Below, piece after piece: positions 49,111 through 61,818 of a stretch of DNA of 64,000 bases. Each line of letters starts with the position of its first letter. The first letter of the stretch is position 1. The notes under the pieces were generated by a model that was given only the letters and a program-made list of their open reading frames with translations, did not search any database and was not told where the DNA came from. The position numbers and the translations under genes were made by a program. Origin of the DNA: Macrostomum hystrix (Eukaryota; Animalia; Platyhelminthes); the NCBI GenBank assembly GCA_950097015.1, contig CATNEN010000026.1:186001-250000 (forward strand), in the 5' to 3' direction.

Positions 49111-49926
49111 GGGACCTTGGCGCGATCGTCAAGAACGTTATAGACCGCTGTGCCACTCTCCCCCTTAGCGCAGGCCACTCATAGGCTACGCGAAAAGCCC
49201 AGAGTAAAAAAAATATCAATGACATCGAATATAGGCCGGCAACTCATTGATACAAGTGCACAGGTATTGAAGACTAATTCTAATTTTTATTTATAATGTA
49301 TTTTCTTAAGCTAACGGAACAAAAGAAACAGACTTTATAATTTGTTGTACGAGTAGTCGAGTTTGAGCGTTTAGCAATTTTATATTTTAATAGTAGCTGA
49401 GTGAAATAAGAAGACTAGAAGTTGTATTAGTCATTTCGCAGAGTGAGCAAAGATAACACGCTGAAAAACTCTGTGCCCCTGCATTCCTTTGGGTGCGTGT
49501 CAGTAGCGCTGTCAGTACATGTACGGACTGAAAGTCTGTACATTCTTTGAACAGTGCCTCATCTGCTGCGTACACTGAATGCTGCACATTATCTTCACTC
49601 CCTTACACACCACACCCTTTTAAAGCTGAAATGGCTGTGCTTTCGCTTTCTCTCTCTCCCTTTACCTCAGCTTTCGACTGTGAATTTTCAGTTACAGCAG
49701 CAGCAGCAGCAGCAGCAGTGGCAACGCGCCACATAAAATCTTAGAACGCAACGAATTTTATTAGTTTCAAAAGCAATACTGAGCAAAAGACGATAAATTA
49801 GTGAATTTTCTTGCCGGCTGTGCTTTAATTGCAAGTTTGAGTGCAGGGACCTCGAGCCCGTCTTGCCAGGTCAGTTTATATCGAAAGAAGATCTGTCATA
49901 GCACATATCTCAGTCAGAATAGGAGA

Positions 49927-51256
49927 ATGTCATCCTCAAAGCGGTTGGACACTGTTCGCGACTCGATTGCTTCGTTGTTCAAGCGCAGAACTCGACGCAG
50001 CGTCAGTAGAAGCGACGGCGGCGATGGCAGCGACGGTGAAAACACTAAGAACGGAGGTCAGAAAATTTCAACGCCGCAGAACGTGAAGCGAGTGATGCAC
50101 ATCACTTTCAACTCCGGCAGTCAGGGCTTCGATGGCATCCCGGAGCAATGGCGACAGTACTTTCAAGCCCCGCCCGTAGCAACCACCGCCGATGAGGTTG
50201 AGGCAGTGCCCCAGCTACCCTCTGGCACAATGTCCGTGATCCACGAGGAGCCCACTAGTGATAAAGAACGAGTTTCCTCTGCGATCGAATCTGTCAATCA
50301 CGATTCAGTAGTGCAGGTGAGAGGCCTCATCTATCATTGTGGGGGACGGAAGATGACAAAGGGGACAAATGAAGAGTGAAATTACATGCCTGAAATTAGT
50401 TGGCCTCGTGGAATCAACATGCGAATGCAAAAAATAAAATTCGCGGAGTTTCATTGCGGAAAACCCATCGGAAAAAGTACTGTAGGACTGAAGCATTGCA
50501 GAATTACACAGAAATGTTGACAAGGTATTTCTACTTGCTTAAGAAAATCTGTATATTTGTAGGACCTTTCGCGCATGAGTTCTCAGACACCATGACACAG
50601 ACAAACAGTTTGTGCTTCCTAGTTTACCGTAGATTACCCACCTAAACGAGCTTTGACTTAATTAGAGTCATTTAATGTTAATTGATTTAAAGGCCGATCC
50701 AGAAGCTGAGTTGCGACGGGAGGCGGAGGTCACAGTGGAGGTCGAAAACGAGGTCGCCCTGCCGCCAAGGAGGCCGCGCGAGCTGCTCAGTCTAGTCTAC
50801 GACCGGGACGCTGGCCAGTTTGTGAACCTGCCGCCGCACTGGGCCGAACGACTCGAGCGCAACAATCTCTTGGCGCCGGAGTTCCACTCAAATCCACACC
50901 TGCTGCCGCTGGTGTTCAGCCTGATGGATCAGGAGCTGCAGACTATGCGCGCCGAGGGTGCCAGGGTTGAGAGCTGCCTGTATTCTAGCCCGTCCCTGCG
51001 TGAGCAGAGTCGGCTAACAGTGTCTGAGTCCATCCTAGATTCGACCAACGAGAGAGCGACGACGCCATCCTACGTGTTCCGAATTGAAGCGGACAAATCG
51101 AATTCGTCCAGCGAGCTGGACTTGCTCGATGAGCATATCATCGAAGAGGAGGTACCGCAACGGCAGTCTAATTGGAAACTCAGGCACTCCTTGGTCACCG
51201 TTCGAGCTGTTGAGGTGCCGGAAGAAGCAAAGGAGGGCGATTTGACTGAGATGTAG
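49927..51256 (+). CDS. Two-exon protein (about 317 aa) with two PAK-type CRIB/p21-binding modules and no kinase domain
   Basis: Exon 1 is 49927-50316 (CAG|GTGAGA) and exon 2 is 50693-51256 (AAAG|GCC, phase 0). ISTPQNVKRVMHITFNSGSQGFDGIPEQW and LPPRRPRELLSLVYDRDAGQFVNLPPHWAERLERNNL...NPHLL both resemble the PAK PBD/autoinhibitory segment. Confidence 0.72.
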
Positions 51257-52135
51257 TTCCGTTTCATGTGTTGCCCGCTCTCAATGCGGAATCTAAAAGC
51301 GGCTGAAGGGTTTAAAATTAAAATTCCCGAAACTTTACGTCACGAGCTGTATCTTGCGCTCGTACTTGGGGATAACCTTGTTGGTGTCAGAAATAAAACT
51401 TTAGGAAATAGGTTTTAATTTGTTCTCTGAATCGGCGATTTCGAATCGAAGGCATCGGCACTAAGTAATGAATAACTTATGCCAATATTCTGTCGTTTAG
51501 CTAGAACTTTTTCTATTCCATATTAATTTGACTAAAGCTGAAGCATTCGATCACTACATGCAGATCTTGCATCGATAAAATGAATCATTCTTATTTACAA
51601 ATTTGTTTTTAAGGCAGAAGTAGATACTTCAGCATGCCGTCTATTTTAGGATGGAAATTTTTATGTCATCCTTGTTAAAGTACCCTGCTATATTTATGCT
51701 CGCACTCTATACTCTCGTGATTTTGTACATAAATTTGTTTTACTGTGCTCATTTTCCTATGCGTACTCTATTTTCTCATTATGTGCAAGCTATACATGCT
51801 AGTACAAGTTAATTGAAAAATTATATATTGTCATTAACTTTTGCGGGCACACGTGTCCCTTTTCGGGGTATCAATGAATGAAATTTCGTCTCGAATTTTC
51901 CGTAGTCTATGGTAAAACAGCAGTCCAACCAAGGAGTTCTATAATTAGTACTTTTATAGAACGATCCTTGATTTTAACATGCAAGTACAAGTGTATTGTC
52001 GTTTTAGAACATATATATAGCAGCATAATGGAAAGATAATGATAACAGTGCAATAACAATGACAGTAACAATGAAGCGCAATATCAGTTTTGCAAATTCA
52101 GTTCATTCGATTCAACAGTGTTTACTTTCGACACA

Positions 52136-52552
52136 TTACTGCTTACCATCACCAGCTAGTTTGAACGTGCAATTCTTGAAAGTCCCATTGAAGTTCACGA
52201 CGATAGTTGGCACAGCCTCGTTAGACCGCTGCTCTCCAAGCTTGGTTTCCGCAGACATAGTCTCGGTAATCGCAACTTCGCCATCCTGGCCAATGCGACG
52301 AATACAGACCTGGGAGGAGCTTGTCTCGACGCTCAGTGCTGATGACATCGCACGGAAGTCGGCATCGCGCCTCACTCGTGTGTAGCGCTCTACACTCTGC
52401 GGATTCTTGTGGCCAGTGTTAGATGCGATAGCCGAGTTTGAGAGGCCTCTCTCCTTCAGTACCGTCACGTGTGTAACTCTAATGCAGTGGTTCGTATAAC
52501 GCTTAGAGAGGGCAAGTTTAGAAGACAAAGTACTCATTAGTTTATCAATTGA
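52136..52552 (-). mobile_element. Crypton-like tyrosine recombinase C-terminal fragment (relic)
   Basis: LSKRYTNHCIRVT (HxxR), TGHKN, SVERY (catalytic Tyr) and a terminal FNGTFKNCTF, typical of DUF3504/Crypton-type YR. An in-frame stop lies six codons upstream of the ATG. Confidence 0.75.
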
Positions 52553-52728
52553 TTAATTGAAAATATGATTAATCAAAAGTTAATGACAATGTTACATTAA
52601 CATAGAATTTTGCTAGTAGCCAATGCATAATTTTTCGGGCGCTTGCACGTTCTCAAAATTCTACATTGACAACTACAAAATTCTATGTTAATGTAACATT
52701 GCTAGTAAATGCCGTTCTTTATAACACC

Positions 52729-53416
52729 CAGGGACAACAGATTGCAAACAACCGGGACGCGAAACAAGCCAAATCATTGCGATTTTAATTAGAAATTCTA
52801 AAGTTGGGGGCTATTCTATTAAATATATGGTACGTCTATAGCTGGGATACTTTAATTAGATTGGAAAATGAAATTAAAATTGGTGCAGAAATGTCGTGAA
52901 AAGTTTTCGTATAAAACTTGTAAGTCGTAGTGGAACCCCTGTACAGAGCCGAATTTTTTTATTTTTAATTCTGAATAGTACACACAAAATGGCGTACAAT
53001 ACTCGCGGCAAGGTGGTCATATCAAACTATAAGGGAACAAACAACCAAAAAACAAACAAACAAAAAACAAACAAACAAACAGACAGACAAACAAACAAAC
53101 AAACAAACAAACAAAAGAAAAAACTTGTAAGAAAAAGTTATGTGTGTGTAAGCGAAAACGACCAGTGCCTGATTACTCAACGATGAATTTCCAAGCTTCC
53201 TGAACAGTTTTCTTCCGTGCGACGTTGTTGGAATCGGGGCAATGTTTGCCGAGAGCCTCACCCAAGCCTTTAAAGAAATTATATGTAGTAAATCTTCGCG
53301 TGACTCCGCTGAGAGTGGTCTCCTTTTCAGTGGGAAAGTAGTACTCGCCAAGAGAAGAGAACTTTTTTCGCCATGATTTGCGTTGTTTCGCGTCCCGGCT
53401 GTTTTAGCTGTCCCTG
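52729..53416. mobile_element. Probable non-autonomous hAT-like MITE
   Basis: Terminal CAGGGACA/TGTCCCTG. A 37-bp subterminal inverted repeat has 33/37 matches (52746-52782 vs 53368-53404). The 8-bp flanks are ATAACACC/ATGACACA (6/8). Confidence 0.6.
53036..53113. repeat. (AAAC)n microsatellite
   Basis: Direct reading. Confidence 0.9.
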
Positions 53417-55504
53417 ATGACACACTAAACTTTTGTCACATTTGAATTGTTATTTCACTTAGTTTTGTCACGCAATGCATGCTTTGTGAGTTTAAAATGG
53501 AGCGAAAAGCGTAAGCAGTTTAAAATTATGGATACAATTAATTAATTCCTTGTCCAAAAGACCACTCACTCTGTTTGAAGAAGTTATGAGTAGAATTTAT
53601 GGAGCAAAAAATGCATTTGTTGTGAGGAATGCACTTTTTTAGTTTTTAATCTGTGCGATATAACTGTTAATTAAATAAAAAAGAAGACCAGTGGTGCGAT
53701 TCAATTCAACTGCGCGATCCATTTTTAATCATAAGTGTCTTAGACTAAATATGTGAGAACGTATGTGATAATAGTGTTGAAATTTATATTCAACTAACAA
53801 AATATTTAAAACTACGGAGAAAACAAATGTGACGTTGGGTCGAGGGAGACTAGCTAAAGCTAAAATTTGCATACTTAAAACTAATTACATTGTCCGGGGG
53901 CAAAGCATTATTTGTTTCTTTAAAAAATGCGACGACGCAAATTTCGCAAATTTGAGTAGCATGTTTTAGCCAAAGTAACAACCTTCTCAACGAGAGTTGA
54001 AAAGAACAATATTTTCTACTTTTCTGTCTGTTTAATACCTGTGGGCCGACCTGGTTCTGTAAGAAGCATAGCCTGCTACTTTTCCGCGACATATAGCAAA
54101 AGATTAACACCGATGATTTTTTTCTCTAAAATTACGCTTCTCAGCGAAATTATAAGCGGGACGATATTTAATAATTAGGGGCTATGAGACAATGTGAGAA
54201 GTGATAGTTTTTAGCAGCTTAAATATGATAAGGTGACCATAACTGACTTAATTAACTTATACGAGCATATAGCAGCAATTCTTAAGGATGAGAATATAAT
54301 AGATAACCACATTTAAAGTGCATATATTGTGTTACTAAACTACATACTGAGACGCATGAAAGTTTTAATCAACTGTCAGCTGTCGTGCATGTGCATTAGC
54401 TAGCAACTAGACATAATCCGTATCAAAAAATCATTAATAGCGATATATAAATGTAAAACTATACTGTCTTTGTATATCTCAGATAAGTCGTTCCACGATA
54501 ACTAAATCGAATTTTAGACTTGTTCAAGTCTGGAAATGGGCGATAATTATTGTAACTTTTATGCAAATAAATACAGTCATAAAAAACATAGAAAACTCGC
54601 TATAATATGAAGAGCACTACGAGAAAGCATTTTTTAATTCAAGTTATAATGATGCTATTAATGCCAACAATTTTTCTCTTAACAATATAAGTTCTATAGG
54701 TTGCTTAACCAGAATATTGAAATAGGTATGAAATGAATTAAGCTGAGAAAATAGACTGCAGAAATATGCTAAAACAGCACTATGCATGTCAAGAAAGTAT
54801 TAAAACTAAGTATTATGCTGTTATACATGGGCTGGAACATAAGTAGTAAATTAGTTTTAGCTACTTAAAAAATTCTAACAAAAACGCGGTTTGACTAATA
54901 TGTGAATGGTGAATATTGGAAAGTAAAAATGTTTCTATTATGCATTCGGTCGCGATCAAGAGAGAACAAAGCGAAAAATAATAATCAATATTTCTGGGAA
55001 AAAGCTCTTAAGCGAGTAGGAAAAAATAACGACAAGCCGGATGAATTCTGCTAGACTAGGAATGGAAGGATAGATAGACTAAAATTAGCCATCTCAAAAA
55101 GTAAAATATTTTATTTGCCCTGCGAACTCGCTCCGAGAGAAGGGTTCCGACTCTGACAAACAACTTTGTCAAAGTAAGAGATCAATAAATCGAAACTTCG
55201 ATGCTTCGATAAATCGAGTAAAATGATTTGATTGGCCATTGAGGGATTGCGCTGCTGCTATTTATAGAAACTGGTAAGGGGAACCCCAGCAAGCCTCAGT
55301 ACAAGCACGAGACTGAAAAAGTCGACTATGAAAGTACATTTCCACTGTTGTGACGGATCCTGCAATCTAAAACTAGGTCCTTATTTGTGATTAATAACTG
55401 AAAGAAAAAGTCAATACAGAGCTTGAGGATAAGATAGGATGTGTAATAATGTAGTCATATAAAAATTATTCCTTATTTAAGCTTATGCTTTGCGCAAACA
55501 CGCT

Positions 55505-58500
55505 TCACATATCGCCAAAGATTCCAGCAAATGTTTTCCGCAAATTCTTCATAGTGTCCTCTCCCTCCTCGCCTCCTCCACCACCGCCACCACCGGCGCC
55601 GCCCGGGCCGCCTCCGCGATTCAGCGACGTCTGCCTTGGTGGTGGCGGTGGTCGCGAAACACCTCCACCGACCTGCGGCTGCTGCGACGGCGGCGGAGGC
55701 GGCGGCGGTCCTCCGGAGCGTGGCGGCGGCGGCCCAGACTGCAATGGGGGCGGCCCTGCGGCTGCGGCCGAAGCGGCTGAAGCTACGGAGGACGAAGACG
55801 ATGACGGCTGCGGTGGCGGCATTGGCGGCTGCTTCATCGCAGTTGCACCCGCACCAGAACCGACCTGTGGCGGCTGCTGCTGCTGCATCGACGGCTGCGG
55901 CTGCATCGGACCGTTCGCTGTTGGTGCGTTAAAGCGGCTGATGCCTTGTCCGAGACTGCCGGCTCGACTGAGTCGTGCCGCGGCGGCTGAGCAGGCGTGG
56001 TGCATTCGGCCAAGCACCAGCTCAGAGATCAGGCGTCGATCTTCCTCCTGAGAGTCGCCCAGCAGCGGCATGTCAGAGCCATTGGCCTGCGGATATTTTT
56101 GTGGAGGTCAGCGAAGCAGAGTGTGGTTGAGTACGTTGAGTATGGTTTGAGTTAGGTTGAGTATAAGGCTTGGAGCGGTTAGTGTTAAGAATGATAATAA
56201 TGTGAAAATTTTATCATAAAAATACCCTGAGCACGCACACGCACACCCTAAGACCCAAATTAACGTGACCTCGCCGCGGATTCGAGTTCATGATCTTTAG
56301 CGCGCGAGAAGTCGCTCAGCAACCCACCTTCTCCCTAAAGTCGTGGTTGAATTTTGAGTAGCATTTGAGCTGGGCTTGACTGAGGGTTTCAGTTCAGACT
56401 GCACATGGCTAGTGTTGTGTGTAGCTTTTGGGGGCCCCTAAAAGGGCCGTTTTAGTGTTGTTTTTTTCACTATACGCTTCTGTAAGTAGCGTATAGTGAA
56501 AATATAGCGGCTGATATGCACGTGCTATTCTTGCGTCTGATTGGCTGGGCTGCTCGTTGCTTGTAATATAGATCGTGGGTTTTTTTAAGGTTTGGCTAAA
56601 TATAAAAAATACATTAAGCGAAGCAATACAAAAGCTAGGTAGTATTGAAATTTGAGAAGGGCTCGAATGGTGCTTGATGGGGCTGAGCAACCAATAATTT
56701 TGTCAGATATAAAGGAAGCATGCTAGCAAACATGCAGAATTACGAACTTCCTAGCTCACCTCAACAATGAAGATGGCTCCCTCTTTGTTCTGCACAGCCT
56801 CCACCGAGCAGATGTCCATGCCGCCGAACAGTTGAGCCAACTCATCGATCCATGACCGAAACCTGGAAAAAGGTATGTTTGCTTTTCTAGCTTACTAAAC
56901 TATGACTTGGGCAGGTTGTAGCGGACCGACAGATCAGGAGTTCGAATCTCTAACAGTCGAAACATTTTTTCGTTTTAACTAAATGGGTTAGAAATTTAGG
57001 TGTGTGCATCGCCACCCCGGTCCATGGACTGAAAAGCTGTACACAGCCTTTGGAAGCGCTGCGCGATAGCTGCGGCTGCACATCTGGCCGAACGAACTGT
57101 TCTCTACTCTCTATGGACTCTCTAGTGCGGTCGTTGTAGCCTAATGCTTAGAGCGTCGGACTCACAATTTGAAGGTCAAGGGTTCGTTTCCCGACTCCAC
57201 TGGAACAATTTGTGTCTTTTTGAGAGACACTCTGCATTGTTTCAGCTCGCTCAGCTGTTAAATGGGTACCCGCATCTGCTGGGGTACAGGGTGGGTGTGG
57301 CGTCCATCCAGTCCATGGACTGAACAGCCGTACACAGTCTGTTCAGAGTACACAGTTCACAGTACACAGATTATTTATTGTTACTATTACTCGTTATAAT
57401 ACAGTAAAGTAAGGTCATTGTTGCGCGTGCCTCAAACGAGTCACCAACTGACCTGTCAGTCATGGGCAGCTGCTCCAGCATCGACGAGCTCACGTTCGCC
57501 TTCCATCCGCCAGAGATGCTTCGGCGCCTTATTTTAATGAGAATTTTATTAACTTTCTATAAAGCGTCGTGCTTAGCAAAGCCTAATTGCAGTGTACTTT
57601 AATAAATGCAAACTAACAGAAAAGCCTTGTAGTTGTTGCCAATCTTCTGAATGTGAATGTCGAATTTAGAGTCTACCAGTGTCTCGGTGGTGGCGTAGGT
57701 GTTCGACACGGCCACCAGCCCGACCAGATCCTGCAGATCGTCCTGCCTGGCCACACGGATCTGCAGAAAGAAAGTGCATGCTGAAAATTTGATTTTAACA
57801 ATAGAAAGACCATTCCCCCACTGCCTACTTCACATTAGCTCCAAAACCGAATAACAGATTTTAGTGAAAGTCCACATTGATCAAAAGTTTCTGTCCTTTA
57901 CGATGAACTAACTTTCAAAGCCGTCTGACGTCAACATCGTCGAGGCATTATGCGATTTTGCCGAAGACCCTGGTGACAAGGACAATCAAACTCAACATCA
58001 ATAGCCGACATGGTTGCATAATGAAATTTTGTGAGCAGGAAAATTATGCCAGTATTGGAATCGTTGAATATCTCGACGATGCCGATGCTTTGTGATTCTG
58101 GAAGTGGCTTCATCAGATAGAGCGGAAAATTTGAGGCCGTGTTCTGGATTTTCATGGCCATTGGTTGACCATTTTAGAAGATACAGAAAAAAGAAAAATG
58201 CGGGTATTTTAAATACGCCACCGTTAACTTCTACTTCAAATGCATGCAGTGCTACTTAAAGTATGCGAATTAACAACCAGTTCGTCGAATACGAAAACTG
58301 CGAGCAAAATGCATTTTTCTTAGAATCCAGAATGATTTTCTGTTTAACCAACACAAAATCGAACCCAAACACAGATTCAACGCGATCTAATTGGAATCTC
58401 ACACAAATCTCACTGGAATCTCACATAAATCTCATTAGAATCTCACACAAATCTCTTCGGAATCTCACTGAAATCTCACTGGAATCTCACAAAAGTCTCA

Positions 58501-58647
58501 CTAAAATATTATTGGAATCTCAAATGAGCATCATTAAAATATGACTAATATCTTATTTGAACAACACACCAAGATACTCACCTTTCCAAGACCTCCGTGA
58601 GCGTGACCAACCTTCATCACCAGTGGGTAGGCGTCATGCGACATTGG
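55505..58647 (-). CDS. Syn: Synapsin, 3' five exons (5' exons lie beyond the window)
   Basis: Phase-consistent exons: 58647-58582 (YPLVMKVGHAHGGLGK), 57760-57618 (QDDLQDLVGLVAVSNTYATTE...DIHIQKIGNNYKAF), 57527-57453 (RRSISGGWKANVSSSMLEQ), 56862-56760 (WIDELAQLFGGMDICSVEAV), 56086-55505 (MPLLGDSQEEDRRLI, Pro-rich linker, domain E TMKNLRKTFAGIFGDM*). Confidence 0.95.
57129..57345 (+). mobile_element. SINE family B, most complete copy (in a synapsin intron)
   Basis: tRNA-like head TAGCCTAATGCTTAGAGCGTCGGACTC...GGTTCGTTTCCCG, core AAATGGGTACCCGCATCTGCTGGGGT and tail CAGTCCATGGACTGAACAGCCGTAC. Tail-only copies lie at 34508-34590, 46525-46602(-) and 57010-57080. Confidence 0.8.
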
Positions 58648-60531
58648 CTGCAAAGGCACAGTTAAGATGCGAGTGAAGGTCGGTTGAAAATAAAAACAAA
58701 CAAAAAATCTCTAAAACAGAAAAAGCGTTCAAAAATACCATTCCAGGCCCCTGAAGCTTTGGTTTTTACGCTTTTACGCTTAGATCTGTCACTATTAACG
58801 TGCCTGAGCATAGTGAGTTTTGAGTTTAGCGCAGGTTTTTACAGCAGCTCACGAATCGCATTACTCATTAGTTTTATGCTTGCCAGTATCCACCAATGCG
58901 CTCAGGACAGCACAGGCCTAGCAAACTATGTGCTCACACGACTGCTCAATCTGCTTTATGAAAAATGTTATGCGGGTATGTTTTATCCCATTCAGGATGG
59001 GGGCTTCCGCATGTGGGATCTCTTTGTCAACGCACAATGTTTGCCAGAGCTGGTCAGGTGGGTTTGAGTGAAGGTGACTCTCCTTTGTTATTGATGTCTC
59101 ACTCTGTTTATTCCTCTCGAGTGTCTCTTTTTTTGCTCAGTACCAATCTGTTTCATACTCAAGTAGTTTTATTGGCTCCCAGCCAGAATTAGATTGGAAC
59201 AAGACTTGTTCTGCTTGCTTTGTTTTGGCGCTTGAGTCAGGGATCAAAGCAGCTAAAAATCAGCTACGCGCCTCGACGTTTTTCCTCGTTTCAGCCCTCT
59301 GCAGCCAATGAATAACTTTAGCAATTGTAAGTGCAAAGAAGCTGTGATTATGTGATTTCCAGGTGCACATGGCAGTCTGCGAAAAGCACTGGCCGTCTGA
59401 CACACCGACGAGTATTCAGTAGTCCCTGGCTTGAGCATTTTCTTACTAGAACTATTCTATTACTATTCTTACTAGAACTAAATATAGAACTATCCCCTTT
59501 CTGGTCAAAATAAATCCCTATCCAATACTATCCTATTATGTTCATCATAACCTTCCTATCATTATTATCCCCTCCGGCCGGTCATTATAGTCCCCTTCAT
59601 TATCGCCCGGTCATTTTAATCCCCTTCTGATCTTAATCTTAATCCACCCGAGCACAGAGATCCCCTTTCGACTATTTTTTCTTTAGCAATTCAAGTTTCA
59701 AATTCTTCTGCTTCTCATTGGCGCTACATTTGTCATTAGTCAAGCCCAAACAAAATATCAAATTAGACTAGGCAGTTGTCAAGCTCAAGTCCTGTTAAAA
59801 ATAACAATATAACAAATTGGTCTAGAAGATAATCGAAGCCCCAATTGCTGTACAGTTACAATCCAATCCTTATCCTGCTTTGGCAGCCAATCAAAGTAAA
59901 GTGCAGCCCTCATAAACTTAGACGCTTAAAGTTATCCCACAGGAGAGCAGAACGACGGGGTAGGGAGGTCAGACCGAGCTTCCGTGGATCCTCTTGCCCG
60001 CATCCCTCAACTGGGAGGACTGCCGACTGGGCGGGGGGGCAGAGGGGACTGGAAACCAGGGGGCGGGGCGGGGCTTCACCCTGCAGCTCGCTTCCGCCAC
60101 CCCAGCCAGCAGTCCCGGTAAACAAGAACCCCGGTAGGTCCCTTTGGGAGCCTTTTTCTCTTTCCCCTTCATTTCCCTCTTATCCCCATCAGCGAGATCC
60201 TCAAACAGAATCAGCAGCCCGGGTCGTCTCCGCTGCAACCTGGACTCCGTCTTCTCCGTCAGCAACCGTCGCAGCTTTAACAGCATTCGAAGGCCTCCCC
60301 TGGCAGGATTCTCGGTGGGAATCTCCTGAGCCGCAGCCAGGCCAACCCTGAGACACGCCCTCCCTGGCAGGCAAGTCGGTGCAGCCAGCATTGACCGGGC
60401 GCTGCCGACCCCCAGTCGGCTGCTGCGGTGGCGGCAGCAGCGGCGGCAATAAAGAAGCTAAGAGAAGCGGCAGCGACGGCGGCATCGGCCTACGAAATAA
60501 TTGCCGGCGACGATGTTGCTTGCCACGAGCG

Positions 60532-61818
60532 ATGAAGCAGCCGCAGCCGCCAATTGCGCAATCTCCGGTCATTTGTTCCGCTTCTAGAAGCAGCAACAAT
60601 ATCAGCAGCAGCAAAGGAATCCAAGTCTCCCAGCAGTGCCTGCTTGCCTGTCTCTGCTGCTTTCTGGCCATTCTCGCCGCAGCCGCCCTGCCATCATCAG
60701 AAGCGATGCCGCAAAGTCGGGACTCGCCAGCGTCGTCGTCGTTTCCGTCGGCGCCGTTCGTAGGCGGCTTCGGCCAGCCGGGCTGCCCATGCCGGCCGCA
60801 CAACCCGCAGCACCCACAGCAGGCCTTCTGCGCTGGCCAGTTTGGTGAGTTCGAATTTCATCAGTTTTTCTTTCGTCTTCCCAAAGTGAAGCCGATCCAA
60901 GACTGCTTTCCTTTCACTGTGGCCCAGCTTTGAAGGTGAAAATACGGCGCAGCCTCGGCTCCTGGATGTCCGACGACGGCACTGAGAGCGGAAATATCTA
61001 TCGGGTCCAGGTGAAGTCCGTGTTTCGGAACACCGCAAGGGTACGTGGCTTCTGTATTCACAATTTGTGTTCACAAATTGATTCCTTTCCGATTATTAAT
61101 CGATCATTTTCTTTAAAAATGCAGCGACGATCGATACAGAAGGGCCGATCGGTCCACATCCTGCTGTACGGCAACAGCGACGTCTGCGGCCTCGGCGACA
61201 TCAAGCAGCCGAATGGCTCAATGATAACAACTAGACTCAGGACTAGGCGATCCTACCTGGTCACGGGTGAGGAATGCTGACACCCATAATAGGAGTAATA
61301 TTAATAAATGCAGGAGGGCTGCGGGCAATGGCACATTATTGGTGACACTAGACCCGCAGCCATCAAGGAGGCAATTCTGCCCATTTCGCTGACTCCTGAG
61401 CACACACGCACACAGATACTGTACGCAGGCACACACTCACACAGGGGTGTGTACATATGCCCTGACTTTCTTATTGTCAGGCAGTTTACACTCTCACTCA
61501 CTGTGCCTTTGGGGTTTGGCCTCTTAAAGGTCTAAATTGCACGACAGCCCCCAAGCGTTCTCTCCGCGGCTGCGTCACAATTTAAAGAGGCTAACTTTAC
61601 AGTCAGGTCCGATGCAGCCGACACCCATCCAAATGTTTCTAGGAAACATCAACAGCCACGGCATGCCCGCCCTATCAAAATGCAGCTGGGTGGCCTACTG
61701 GCCAACCAAGCGCCAGAGGCGCCTAAAAGACAAGACATTTGAGGGCAACTTTGTGAGCAACGTCCAGGCTAGATATCTTCGAGTCGGAGTCTATGAGAGC
61801 AGCTGCCAAAAGTGTCAG
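60532..61818 (+). CDS. Timp: Tissue inhibitor of metalloproteinases (NTR domain); 3' end unresolved
   Basis: Phase-consistent exons: 60532-60844, 60928-61040, 61125-61266, 61643-61818. Motifs: hydrophobic leader, CPC...HPQQAFC, YRVQVKSVF, NSDVCGL, SYLVTG, KCSWV..W, YESSCQKC. Confidence 0.82.
61290..61610 (-). mobile_element. SINE family A copy filling TIMP intron 3
   Basis: Reverse complement aligns to the family A body and tail. Confidence 0.85.
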
